A stretch of DNA of 64,000 nt, from positions 6,560-70,559 of the forward strand of contig JALHMV010000003.1 of the NCBI GenBank assembly GCA_022843855.1. Reading direction: 5' to 3'. Positions within the stretch are counted from its first letter, which is position 1. Every line of letters starts with the position of its first letter. The notes beneath the pieces are model-generated. The model was not told the DNA's origin. It saw only the letters and a program-made list of their open reading frames with translations, and searched no databases. Both the position numbers and the translations under genes were made by a program. The stretch is from Patescibacteria group bacterium (lineage in GTDB: Bacteria; Patescibacteriota; UBA1384; 2-12-FULL-50-11). This document shows positions 8,749-17,129 of this stretch, piece by piece.

Positions 8749-9010
8749 TCTTAATTGGAAGGACGTACGGAGCGAGAGCGAGAAAGGATCCTGGATCAAG
8801 GCGATCGCTATCGACCACGGCAACAAGAAGCTGTTCATTGAGACGGCGTCGGGAAAGGCGTACGCTTACGAGGATGTGGACGAGGAAGTGCTCAACACCA
8901 TCGACGTCAGCTGCGACGACCCGACGACCTCGACCGGTGGACTGTTCAACTCGCTTGTTCGCAACCGCTATTCCGAGCGCAAGCTCGATGCGGTCGCCGA
9001 GGCGGCGTAA
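8732..9010 (+). CDS. KTSC domain protein
   Basis: SWIKAIAIDHGNKKLFIETASGKAYAYEDV...STGGLFNSLVRNRY; GAGGAGG SD. Confidence 0.8.
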   Translation: MAELDDLNWKDVRSESEKGSWIKAIAIDHGNKKLFIETASGKAYAYEDVDEEVLNTIDVSCDDPTTSTGGLFNSLVRNRYSERKLDAVAEAA

Positions 9011-9015
9011 ATGGG

Positions 9016-9050
9016 AAATGGGCATCCATCGCGACATGGATGCCCATTTT
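9016..9050 (+). terminator. 14-bp stem-loop (possible intrinsic terminator or processing site)
   Basis: AAATGGGCATCCAT-CGCGAC-ATGGATGCCCATTT followed by only a short T run. Confidence 0.55.
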
Positions 9051-9105
9051 GGAGAAGCAAAACGAACCTAAGAACGGGAACGTCTTAACAGGAGAATGTT
9101 AACCG

Positions 9106-9327
9106 ATGCAAAACACCATTGCAAGCGAAAAACGGGCCGAGGCAGTGCGGTGGCTAGGCGGTGTCCGGCCATGCGAGGACTGCTCCGCGTACACCCCGGT
9201 AGAGAGCCTCTTCGACCACGGCGATCTACTGCTCTGCCGGCGATGCCGCGACGCATCCGTCAGACGAGCGGCCGGGCGTGCTCAACAATCACTTTTTGAC
9301 CAGCAAGGAGAATTGGAATGGGCGTAA
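9106..9327 (+). CDS. small zinc-binding protein (CxxC...CxxC)
   Basis: ACAGGAG SD; PCEDC...LCRRC; C-terminal QQSLF. Confidence 0.65.
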   Translation: MQNTIASEKRAEAVRWLGGVRPCEDCSAYTPVESLFDHGDLLLCRRCRDASVRRAAGRAQQSLFDQQGELEWA

Positions 9328-9572
9328 ACAGCAAACACGAGGTCCTCATCCTGCTCAAGGACGAGCGGATCGGAGTCATCGCCCTTGAGCTGATCCCGAG
9401 CGTGAACACATTCACGGTCGCCAAGTTCGACACGAGCACCATGCCGGCACCGGTCACCCGGACCAACTTCATGGGCGAAGACAGCGCAATGGACGCCTAC
9501 ACTCAAGCCGAAAAGACCTCGCTCGAACGCGGCTGGACGATCGCACATCGCGGGGAACGTAACCGCGGATAG
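9318..9572 (+). CDS. hypothetical protein (WGR-like pattern)
   Basis: AAGGAG SD; ends ...SLERGWTIAHRGERNRG. Confidence 0.6.
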   Translation: MGVNSKHEVLILLKDERIGVIALELIPSVNTFTVAKFDTSTMPAPVTRTNFMGEDSAMDAYTQAEKTSLERGWTIAHRGERNRG

Positions 9573-9580
9573 CAAAAACG

Positions 9581-10114
9581 ATGAAAGGCTACACAAAGAA
9601 ACCATGCCACGGATGCGGCGAAGTGCCGGAGAGTTACGGCGGACGGCCGACCGAAGGCGTTTGCGCGTCATGCTCCAAACTGCTTGAGTTCGCGAAGAAA
9701 ACAAAGGCCCGTTTGGAGACGAACCCCGAGAAGGGGCTGTACAAGCTGCCGTGGGCTCATTACGAACTGCCGTACATCAGCAAGACCGATACGGCCTTTT
9801 ACGACGAGGATCCCACCCCAACGACGAAGTTTCAAAAGGCGATCTTTCGTCTCATCCACGCGGTCGCAGAGATCGATAATCTCAACAAGCGATACGGCCC
9901 TGAGGATCACGTGGTCGAAGGCACAAAGTCACATGAAGGCCTGGGCTGGCTGAACCCCGGAGTTCGGGATGATCTGAACACGATCTATTTGTCCGTAATG
10001 GCGATGACCGAGGAAGCGTATGCCAAGGGCAAGAAAGACGGTGAGCGTTTCATCGTCGCACTCGCCACCGGCGATGTTTCGATCGAGAGATTCAACGAAG
10101 TAGTGACGAAATAG
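9581..10114 (+). CDS. hypothetical protein with N-terminal zinc finger
   Basis: PCHGCG...VCASC. Confidence 0.7.
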   Translation: MKGYTKKPCHGCGEVPESYGGRPTEGVCASCSKLLEFAKKTKARLETNPEKGLYKLPWAHYELPYISKTDTAFYDEDPTPTTKFQKAIFRLIHAVAEIDNLNKRYGPEDHVVEGTKSHEGLGWLNPGVRDDLNTIYLSVMAMTEEAYAKGKKDGERFIVALATGDVSIERFNEVVTK

Positions 10115-10120
10115 ATACAA

Positions 10121-10453
10121 ATGAAGTGGGATGAGATCAAGCAAACAGCCGATTGCCGATGTTGTAAAGGGACGGGCAAGACCTACGACCATCGGGAGAT
10201 TGGGCGAACGGTCAAGGATGCAAGAAAAGCGGCGGGGCTGAAACTGTGGGAAGTACATCGAGGTTCCGGTTATTCCATTTCCTACATCTGCGATCTTGAA
10301 CAAGGGCGAAAGCCGTGGAGTTCAGAGCCTTACGAGAAAATAATGGGAGCGATACTGCGGTTGATCAAGAGCGGCCCATTTGCCTATCGACGATACAATT
10401 CACCGGAACAAGACGAAGTAACACAGGGAGCTGACCAGGGCGATGACGCCTGA
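10121..10453 (+). CDS. XRE/Cro-type HTH protein with N-terminal CxxCxGxG
   Basis: VKDARKAAGLKLWEVHRGSGYSISYICDLEQGRKPWS. Confidence 0.8.
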   Translation: MKWDEIKQTADCRCCKGTGKTYDHREIGRTVKDARKAAGLKLWEVHRGSGYSISYICDLEQGRKPWSSEPYEKIMGAILRLIKSGPFAYRRYNSPEQDEVTQGADQGDDA

Positions 10454-10522
10454 CCACTGCAAAGCCAGACGCCGGGCATATCGGTCGTTGTAGCGGACGA
10501 TGTCGCGGTGCTCACGAGTCAT
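10400..10522 (-). CDS. candidate 40-aa membrane peptide
   Basis: MTREHRDIVRYNDRYARRLALQWSGVIALVSSLCYFVLFR; a perfect TATAAT lies on the - strand at 10547-10542; no clear SD or -35. Confidence 0.35.
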   Translation of the reverse strand: MTREHRDIVRYNDRYARRLALQWSGVIALVSSLCYFVLFR

Positions 10523-10596
10523 AATCACGATGGACTAGGGAATTATACACAAAGTTGATTCAAAGCGGCGCAACCCTATAAAGAGCGCGCAACCCT

Positions 10597-11298
10597 ATGA
10601 AGCAAAAAGCACCGGCGAAAAAACGTAAATGCGGAGCCAAAACAAAGACCACAGGGCTTCCGTGCGAAAAGTCGCCAATGACAAATGGCCGATGCAGGCT
10701 TCACGGCGGCAAAACACCGTCCGGCACGGCCAGTCCGCACTACAAACACGGCCTCTATTCGCGTTATCTACCGAAACCACTCCGAACCACCTTCGATTCC
10801 GTCGCCGAGGATCCAAAGCTTAACGAGCTATCGACCGAGATACAGCTGATCACAGCACTACTCGAACGCAGGCTTTCGCTGCTGTCGTCCAGCATCGGTG
10901 ACGACGATGCGATGGATCTTGCCGAGGAAGAATTCAACGCACTCGACGACGCTCTGTTTGCAAATGACATCAAGGCGGCTAAAATGGTCGCGAAGTCGCT
11001 TCGGAAGACGATTCTGGCGGCACGGCGCGAATATCAGATCTTCGACGAGGTCAAAGAACTGATCGCTCAGAAGGAAAAGCTGGTCCGGGCAGAATCGTTC
11101 CGGCTGGACAAACTCGGGGGCAATGTGCCGGTCGGACAAGTGATCGTTTACATCAACAAGGTCGAGAAGGCGATGGCAGTGATCCCGGATGCAGAGATAC
11201 GCGCAGCAGTTGTTGGGGAATTCAAAAGGCTTCTTGGCCCGGAGCTTCGTAGCGGCCTTGGAGGGGAAGAATTTAGGGACGGCGGTCCAGGCGAATAA
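10597..11298 (+). CDS. terS: terminase small subunit (HGGxSTG-type N-terminus)
   Basis: CGAKTKTTGLPCEKSPMTNGRCRLHGGKTP...YKHGLYS; immediately upstream of TerL. Confidence 0.8.
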   Translation: MKQKAPAKKRKCGAKTKTTGLPCEKSPMTNGRCRLHGGKTPSGTASPHYKHGLYSRYLPKPLRTTFDSVAEDPKLNELSTEIQLITALLERRLSLLSSSIGDDDAMDLAEEEFNALDDALFANDIKAAKMVAKSLRKTILAARREYQIFDEVKELIAQKEKLVRAESFRLDKLGGNVPVGQVIVYINKVEKAMAVIPDAEIRAAVVGEFKRLLGPELRSGLGGEEFRDGGPGE

Positions 11299-13456
11299 GC
11301 AAGACAACTTTCAGCTATCGAACGAATTGAAGGCGGCGATCCGGAAGAATTGGAGAGCCGCCTATTCTTTGCTCTTCGGCGACGAATTCGTTGATGTCCT
11401 CGCTCCGCACCACGAGCGAACGATCCGCTGGCATTGGGCTGCCCGGCACCGCATTTGCCGCAACGAGCGGCCTTTCCGCGGCTACTACGCGGATTTCCCG
11501 ATGTGGTCACGCGGTCACATGAAATCGACGATTGCGCGGCGTCTGGCGATCATGGACGCGGTCATTGAGCTGTTCTACGGGCGAAGCGGTTACTGCCTGT
11601 ACTTCTCCGGCACGGACAACAAGACCGAGAAGCACGCTCTTTCGATAATGCAGCTCCTGCAATCGTCCGCACTCCAAAAACATGCCCCAACCCTGACGAT
11701 GGTCAAGCGGGACGCTCAGACGAACAGCAGCCGCGGATGGAAGGCCACTCTGCTCTACACCGCAAGCGGCCATGTGTTCCACTTCGGTTCGCTGCAATCG
11801 GGACTGGCAGGCGGCAACATCGACAACGTCCGGCCGAGCATCATCATCCCGGACGACATCGACGACCGTAAGCTGTCCGCCACGATCACCGAGAAGAACT
11901 TCGAAACCTTCACCAGCGAGATCCTGCCGATGGGTGCGATCGGAACTCTGACCGTTTGGGCTCAGAACCTCATCAATCGCCATTCGATCATGTACCGGAT
12001 CTACACCAACCAAGCGCGAGTGCTCGTCAATCGCCGACCGTCGCGGCCGGTGCCGGCAGTTGTCGGGCTGCTCACAGAAAAGCGGAAGACCACGGTCCTC
12101 GGGATCGAGATAGTCCGCGATGTGATCACTGCCGGAACGGCAACATGGAGGTATATGGACATAACAGCGTGCCAGGACGAGCTCGACCGCATCGGCCTGC
12201 CGGCGTTCATGCGGGAGTGCCAGCACGAGGTCGAGGGCGAGGACGAGCGACGTATGCTCCACGCCTATCGTGACGACATTCATTGCATTTCGACGAGCGA
12301 ATTCGCATCGGTCTTCGGAACGACCGCGATGCCGAAATCGTGGCGTAAGGAATGGGGAAACGATTGGGCGAGAACCAAGACGCGATTCCACGCGAACGTC
12401 GCTCTCTGGCGGACCGTCTCACCGCGGAATTCACCGCTGCCCGGCTTCGAGTTCATCTTCAACCCGATGAGCTTCAAGGCGAACGCTCAGTTCGAGGACG
12501 TCGCCGAGCGTGTTCTCGGCTGCCTCGACGAGTACGCAGTGCGGCGGATCGGCGGATCCGGCAACAAGACCTGGTCGGACCTTCGCCGGGAGGAGCTGCT
12601 TCGCATCAACTCGGCCGCTCACGCTCAGAGCTCGCTCGAACGGATCGAGCTGGAACAATCTGCTCTGGCCGAGATAATACCGCAATACTCCGAACCGCTG
12701 CTTCAAGAGCACAACGTCATCGGCGGCGTCGTCTCGCACGAGCGGGAGGACATTAGACGGGCTTACGCGACCGTGTACGGGCTTTCGTGCGTCGGTGTCA
12801 ATCCCGGGAAGTTCGGCGGCGTAGAGCAGATCAACCGGGCGATGGCGGTCGACACCACCGAGGACCATCCGTTCCGGCCGGGCGTCAAAGGCTTCACACG
12901 CTGGTTCGTCGTCGTGCCGGACGACACCACCGTCAAGCCGCGGCTGGTCAACGGACTGCTCGTCTATCCGCCGAAGCCGTACCCGAAGAACATGGCTGCC
13001 GAAGATCTGCACGACGACGACCTGTTTCGCCGGCAGATGATCGAGTGGGAAATGGCAGAGCCGAAGCTGCTCGAATCCGGCGAGAAGATCGACGAGCCGG
13101 TCAAGGCGATGGACGACTTCGGCAACGAGCTGCAAATGATGTACGTCAACGGCGGACTCGACAACGAACCGCTGTCCATTCGCGAGGAGTACGAGCTGCT
13201 GGTCGAGCAGTCACCGGTGCAGGGCGTGATCGATGCGACCACCGAGCGAACGCGGTTCACCCGAATCCAACAGCTCGAAAAACTCGAGATCCGCGATCGG
13301 GCTCTTCGCCAGCTGCGGCATCGCCACGGCGACGATGCCGACGAGGACCTGACGCGGCAGATCCACTTCGACGACGACGATCCGGGGCCGGCCAACCCGC
13401 TCGACGAGGATGTCGATTTCGACGGCGATTCGGGGCCATGGTTCCAACCCCGTTGA
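11189..13456 (+). CDS. terL: terminase large subunit
   Basis: Walker A-like SRGHMKST; RPSIIIPDDIDD Walker B; FMRECQH linker; RNase H-like WGNDWA; C-terminal KAMDDFG. The true start may be somewhat downstream (e.g. TTG 11258). Confidence 0.85.
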   Translation: MQRYAQQLLGNSKGFLARSFVAALEGKNLGTAVQANKQDNFQLSNELKAAIRKNWRAAYSLLFGDEFVDVLAPHHERTIRWHWAARHRICRNERPFRGYYADFPMWSRGHMKSTIARRLAIMDAVIELFYGRSGYCLYFSGTDNKTEKHALSIMQLLQSSALQKHAPTLTMVKRDAQTNSSRGWKATLLYTASGHVFHFGSLQSGLAGGNIDNVRPSIIIPDDIDDRKLSATITEKNFETFTSEILPMGAIGTLTVWAQNLINRHSIMYRIYTNQARVLVNRRPSRPVPAVVGLLTEKRKTTVLGIEIVRDVITAGTATWRYMDITACQDELDRIGLPAFMRECQHEVEGEDERRMLHAYRDDIHCISTSEFASVFGTTAMPKSWRKEWGNDWARTKTRFHANVALWRTVSPRNSPLPGFEFIFNPMSFKANAQFEDVAERVLGCLDEYAVRRIGGSGNKTWSDLRREELLRINSAAHAQSSLERIELEQSALAEIIPQYSEPLLQEHNVIGGVVSHEREDIRRAYATVYGLSCVGVNPGKFGGVEQINRAMAVDTTEDHPFRPGVKGFTRWFVVVPDDTTVKPRLVNGLLVYPPKPYPKNMAAEDLHDDDLFRRQMIEWEMAEPKLLESGEKIDEPVKAMDDFGNELQMMYVNGGLDNEPLSIREEYELLVEQSPVQGVIDATTERTRFTRIQQLEKLEIRDRALRQLRHRHGDDADEDLTRQIHFDDDDPGPANPLDEDVDFDGDSGPWFQPR

Positions 13457-13480
13457 CATTTTCGCGGACTCTGGTAAATT
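13453..13480 (+). promoter_or_regulatory. sigma70-type promoter for the zinc-ribbon gene
   Basis: TTGACA, 16-bp spacer, extended -10 TG-G-TAAATT; overlaps the terL stop codon. Confidence 0.65.
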
Positions 13481-13515
13481 GAACCTCAGCCACCTGCTTG
13501 CTACGAGCGAGCTTA

Positions 13516-13719
13516 ATGATCCGTCCCATAACCTGCCCGAACTGCAAAAAAGTTTCCGCCTGGTACGACGATGTTCAATGCTGCCTGATCGAGATCGAGA
13601 TGCCGCCCGGAATCATGGTTTTCGGTGCATATTTCACATGTCAGAGCTGTTCGGCCCGGTTCTCGTTCAACGGCTTGAAGCTGAAAAAGCTTCGCCAGCA
13701 GAGGAAAAGACACGAGTGA
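13516..13719 (+). CDS. small zinc-ribbon protein, Mu Com-like; candidate late regulator
   Basis: MIRPITCPNCKK...IEIE...FTCQSCSARF with a basic tail KLKKLRQQRKR. Confidence 0.65.
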   Translation: MIRPITCPNCKKVSAWYDDVQCCLIEIEMPPGIMVFGAYFTCQSCSARFSFNGLKLKKLRQQRKRHE

Positions 13720-13722
13720 GTA

Positions 13723-13831
13723 TTGACGTTCTCGCAAAAATGACGTAAATTTTTCGCAAATTTGAAGCGGCCGTACGGCCCGATCCGGATGAGAGCTCCG
13801 CGACGCTAATACAGCGTTGCGGAGCTTTTTT
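13723..13831 (+). promoter_or_regulatory. late promoter + conserved leader + intrinsic terminator, copy 1
   Basis: TTGACG-17-TAAATT; leader TGAAGCGGCCGTACGGCCCGATCCGGATGA from 13763; hairpin AGCTCCGCGACGCT-AATAC-AGCGTTGCGGAGCT followed by a T run. Confidence 0.85.
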
Positions 13832-13862
13832 AATTGGCCAACACACACAGGAGATTTTAACG

Positions 13863-14165
13863 ATGTCTGAAACCTATCACGTTGCAACACAGCCTATCCG
13901 CTCAGGAGTCCGTGGCGGCATCAAGTTCGGCGAGCGCCAAGGAATGCTCGTGGATGGCGACCTGACCAGCGAGGCCAACGCCATTGCTGCGGTCGAGGCC
14001 GACCAGGCGACCCGCCACACCGCGGAGAACAACTTCGCACAACGCGTGATCCCGTCGCTCGAAGCTGCCGACGAGTTCGTGCCCGGCTTCACGTCCGGGG
14101 GCAGTATCGACGCGATCGATGTGATCACCGAGGAGGGCGACGAGCACCAGACGCTCCACTTCTAG
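13863..14165 (+). CDS. hypothetical protein (first gene of head operon)
   Basis: CAGGAG SD; host-like codon bias. Confidence 0.75.
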   Translation: MSETYHVATQPIRSGVRGGIKFGERQGMLVDGDLTSEANAIAAVEADQATRHTAENNFAQRVIPSLEAADEFVPGFTSGGSIDAIDVITEEGDEHQTLHF

Positions 14166-14166
14166 G

Positions 14167-14577
14167 ATGGGAAAGCTTGCGGAATGGTTATGGACACGGC
14201 GGCTCTGCGAGGAACAGGCGGCAAGGATCAGCCATCTTGACGCCCAGAACGCAAAACTGCGCGAACGCCTCTACCAAGAGATCGACGCGAACCGCCGACG
14301 CGAGGACGCTCTCGTCGGAGCCATAACGCAAGCAGCCCTGGGCGAGCGGAGCGTAACTCCATTCCACGCTCCGCTCGCCAACGTACCCGATGAGCCACCG
14401 GATCCCGAAGACCTCGAACTCGACGAAATAGCGCCGAACGGGGTGCCGGAAGTGGTGATCCAGCAACGCATAAAACAGTACGTCATCGCCGCCGCGGAGC
14501 GGGGAGCGCCGTACCCGCCCGACGCGATCGAGCAGCTACGCGAAAAGCTTAGGACCTGCCCGCCCGAGGACATTTGA
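14167..14577 (+). CDS. hypothetical coiled-coil protein upstream of portal
   Basis: Fills the gap before the portal; N-terminal coiled coil. Confidence 0.7.
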   Translation: MGKLAEWLWTRRLCEEQAARISHLDAQNAKLRERLYQEIDANRRREDALVGAITQAALGERSVTPFHAPLANVPDEPPDPEDLELDEIAPNGVPEVVIQQRIKQYVIAAAERGAPYPPDAIEQLREKLRTCPPEDI

Positions 14578-17120
14578 TGCAGCCACAAGCACGTGCCATG
14601 AATCTCGCACCGGTCAAGCCGCTCACCAAATTGGGCGAGGCGGTAAAGCCGCGGGAATACTCCAATCTGGCCGAGTTCATCCGGGAGCTGCACCTGCACT
14701 TCAAGAACAAGAACGTCCGCGTCCGGCACGAGGTCGCCGAGCAAGGCCGCATGATGGCGAATCTGCGGTCCGGCAAGCTTGAGCTGCGTCGCGATCCGCT
14801 CTACGGCACCCTGACGCTCCTCGAACCGCTTCCGCACCAGCCGCGAAGCGATATGCACGTTTACCCGCTCGCGCAGACCAATTCCAGCCAGCTGACGAGC
14901 GTCTGGACGCTCTCTCGGCCTCGCGTGGTCCCGCGGCTGTTCGGCGACAGCGACCGGGCACAGATCCAGACCGCTCTCGTCCAGCAGGTGATCGATCACT
15001 ACGCGACCGAGTACCTCCACGACGAGATGTTCAATCAGCGGGAATCGCTCTCGATGATGGACTACGGCACCGCAGTTTACGGCGTCTATTACGACCTGAC
15101 GCTGAACAAGATCACATCCGTCCTGCCGGTCGTCGCAGACACCAACAAGAACATATTTCCGGGCTATCAGTACTGCATGTCATGCCCGATGGAAGGGACG
15201 CCAAAGGATTTCAAGATCAAGGGCGAAATGCTGCCCCGGTGTCCGCAGTGCGGCACCTACAACGTCTCGAACGCCCTGGCACCGCAGACCGCCAAAGTGA
15301 CCGAGGTCATTGGAGGCCGGGAGTTCGAACAAGGCGACATCCTGATCCAGCTCGAACCCGTTCCCGCGTTCAATTGGGACATGCGCAAGCTGATCCACGA
15401 ATCGTCCTACGTGCAGCAGGCGATCGAGGTCCCGCACCGGCTGCTCGAATCGCTGCTCAATGTGCCGATCGAGCATATCTCGCCGGACGCGGAGCACGGC
15501 ATCCGCGTCATGAACGACCTCGGCAGCCGCGGCGGATCGCAGCCCGGGCTCGGCCGCGAGAATCTGCTCGGGAACACTGATCAGAATCAGGAAGGCACGC
15601 TCGGCTGGCAGGAATGGTATCGCCCGGAGATCTACGCCGGAGTGCGGTTTACATCCGACGAAAAGACACTATCCGGCGAAACCATCAAGGCCGGAGTGCC
15701 GCTCGAAGAATACTTCAAAGAAAGCCTTGGCGTATTGCTGATCGGCGACGATCTGGTCATCGGAGCGTTCGACGAGAAGTGCCCGCTATTCTCATCCGTC
15801 TATCACATTCAAAGCCACTCGGGTTACGGCAAGGGCACCGGCGATGCGATAGAGATCGCTGCGGACCTGACGCAGGCACACTCGGCAGCTCTCGCCACGA
15901 TCAAGCGATACGGTGCCGGAGGCGGCTTCGTCTATGACAAGCGGGCGCTGACGCGGCAGGAAGCCAAACGCATCCTCAAGCCGGGCGGAATGGCCGGTGC
16001 CGACCTTGCTAAATCGGGAGCCGCACGCGTCGAGGACCTGATCCACAGCGTCACGACCAACGAGGTCAATCAATCGAACATGGTGATGATCGCCCAGCTC
16101 GTCAACATGCTCAACATGGCGTTCCAGACCACCGACTTCACGCAGGGTGTCGCTGACAGCCGCGTCAAGGTCGATACGCTCGGCGGACAGCAGCTCCTTC
16201 AAGCTCAGCAGCAGCAACGGACCGCAGCCCCGCTCAGGCTCAAGGGTTACGCCTGGGCGATGGTGCTCGAAGAGGCGGTTTCCTGCTTCCGGAAGCACGT
16301 TCGCATACCGCTCTACTTCATGACCGGCGACAACTTCAAGCTGACCAGCGGGAAGTACATCAGCGGAGAAGATCTTCCCAAGCGTGTCCGCTGCACGTTC
16401 GTTCGCGATTCGGAGATCCCGAACAACGAGCTGACCCGCCAGCAAAACCTGACGACGATGATGCAGGCCGCTCCCGGATTCGGTGTTCCGTTCGTCCAGC
16501 TGATGCAGATGGAACCGCGGATCGCCTCGTGGTTCGCCGATGAGTACAAGACCGACCTCCCGATCGCAGACTACGGCGAACTGCTGATGCGGTGCCGTGA
16601 ACGGCTTGATCAGGTGATCGAGCTCGCCGGCGAGGAAGAACAGGTCGCAATGCTGACCGGATTCGCTCCCGATCCGCAAATGTCGGTCGAACGCATCCTT
16701 AGCCAGCTATCGCCGCCGCTCGATGCCTCCGAGCTGTACCACGTGATCAAGGCGCAGATCCTCTCCGATTACCTCGACAACGACGAGGTCAAGGAATGGT
16801 CGCCGCTGACCCAAATGGCGGTCCGCGCACTGATCATGCGCCACTACCAGCTTGATCGTGATTTCCGCTACGGGCTGCAGGTGCTCGAAGCACAGGGGCA
16901 GGCAGGCGTTACCGGTGCCGCGATGGCAATGGCCGCTCCCGCCATGCAGGCGGAACGCGACCAGGCGACCGAGGATGAGGCCATGGGCCGGGCTGCCGAC
17001 GTCATCGGCGACGAAGAAGCCCACCTCCGGGAACAGGAAGCCGCCGATGCCGATCATGGCCGTGCGGTCGAACTTGAACAAATCAAACAGAGGTCGAAGG
17101 GTTCGGCCTCAAAGGAGTAA
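14574..17120 (+). CDS. portal protein (P22-like podoviral type) with zinc-ribbon insertion
   Basis: ~850 aa between TerL and scaffold/capsid; SMMDYGTAVYGVYYD; HSGYGKG; TLGGQQLLQAQ; CMSC...CPQCG insertion. Confidence 0.8.
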   Translation: MMQPQARAMNLAPVKPLTKLGEAVKPREYSNLAEFIRELHLHFKNKNVRVRHEVAEQGRMMANLRSGKLELRRDPLYGTLTLLEPLPHQPRSDMHVYPLAQTNSSQLTSVWTLSRPRVVPRLFGDSDRAQIQTALVQQVIDHYATEYLHDEMFNQRESLSMMDYGTAVYGVYYDLTLNKITSVLPVVADTNKNIFPGYQYCMSCPMEGTPKDFKIKGEMLPRCPQCGTYNVSNALAPQTAKVTEVIGGREFEQGDILIQLEPVPAFNWDMRKLIHESSYVQQAIEVPHRLLESLLNVPIEHISPDAEHGIRVMNDLGSRGGSQPGLGRENLLGNTDQNQEGTLGWQEWYRPEIYAGVRFTSDEKTLSGETIKAGVPLEEYFKESLGVLLIGDDLVIGAFDEKCPLFSSVYHIQSHSGYGKGTGDAIEIAADLTQAHSAALATIKRYGAGGGFVYDKRALTRQEAKRILKPGGMAGADLAKSGAARVEDLIHSVTTNEVNQSNMVMIAQLVNMLNMAFQTTDFTQGVADSRVKVDTLGGQQLLQAQQQQRTAAPLRLKGYAWAMVLEEAVSCFRKHVRIPLYFMTGDNFKLTSGKYISGEDLPKRVRCTFVRDSEIPNNELTRQQNLTTMMQAAPGFGVPFVQLMQMEPRIASWFADEYKTDLPIADYGELLMRCRERLDQVIELAGEEEQVAMLTGFAPDPQMSVERILSQLSPPLDASELYHVIKAQILSDYLDNDEVKEWSPLTQMAVRALIMRHYQLDRDFRYGLQVLEAQGQAGVTGAAMAMAAPAMQAERDQATEDEAMGRAADVIGDEEAHLREQEAADADHGRAVELEQIKQRSKGSASKE

Positions 17121-17129
17121 TTTACGACT

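Noticed and set aside
2796-13456. Inteins or introns in DnaB or TerL
   Set aside because: DnaB has normal length with contiguous motifs. TerL is long but shows no C/S...HN splice junctions or LAGLIDADG motifs.
13763-13831. Repeated leader as a hammerhead ribozyme or CRISPR repeat
   Set aside because: It has CGGATGA rather than the CUGANGA core and no three-way junction. The copies are dispersed and not spacer-separated.
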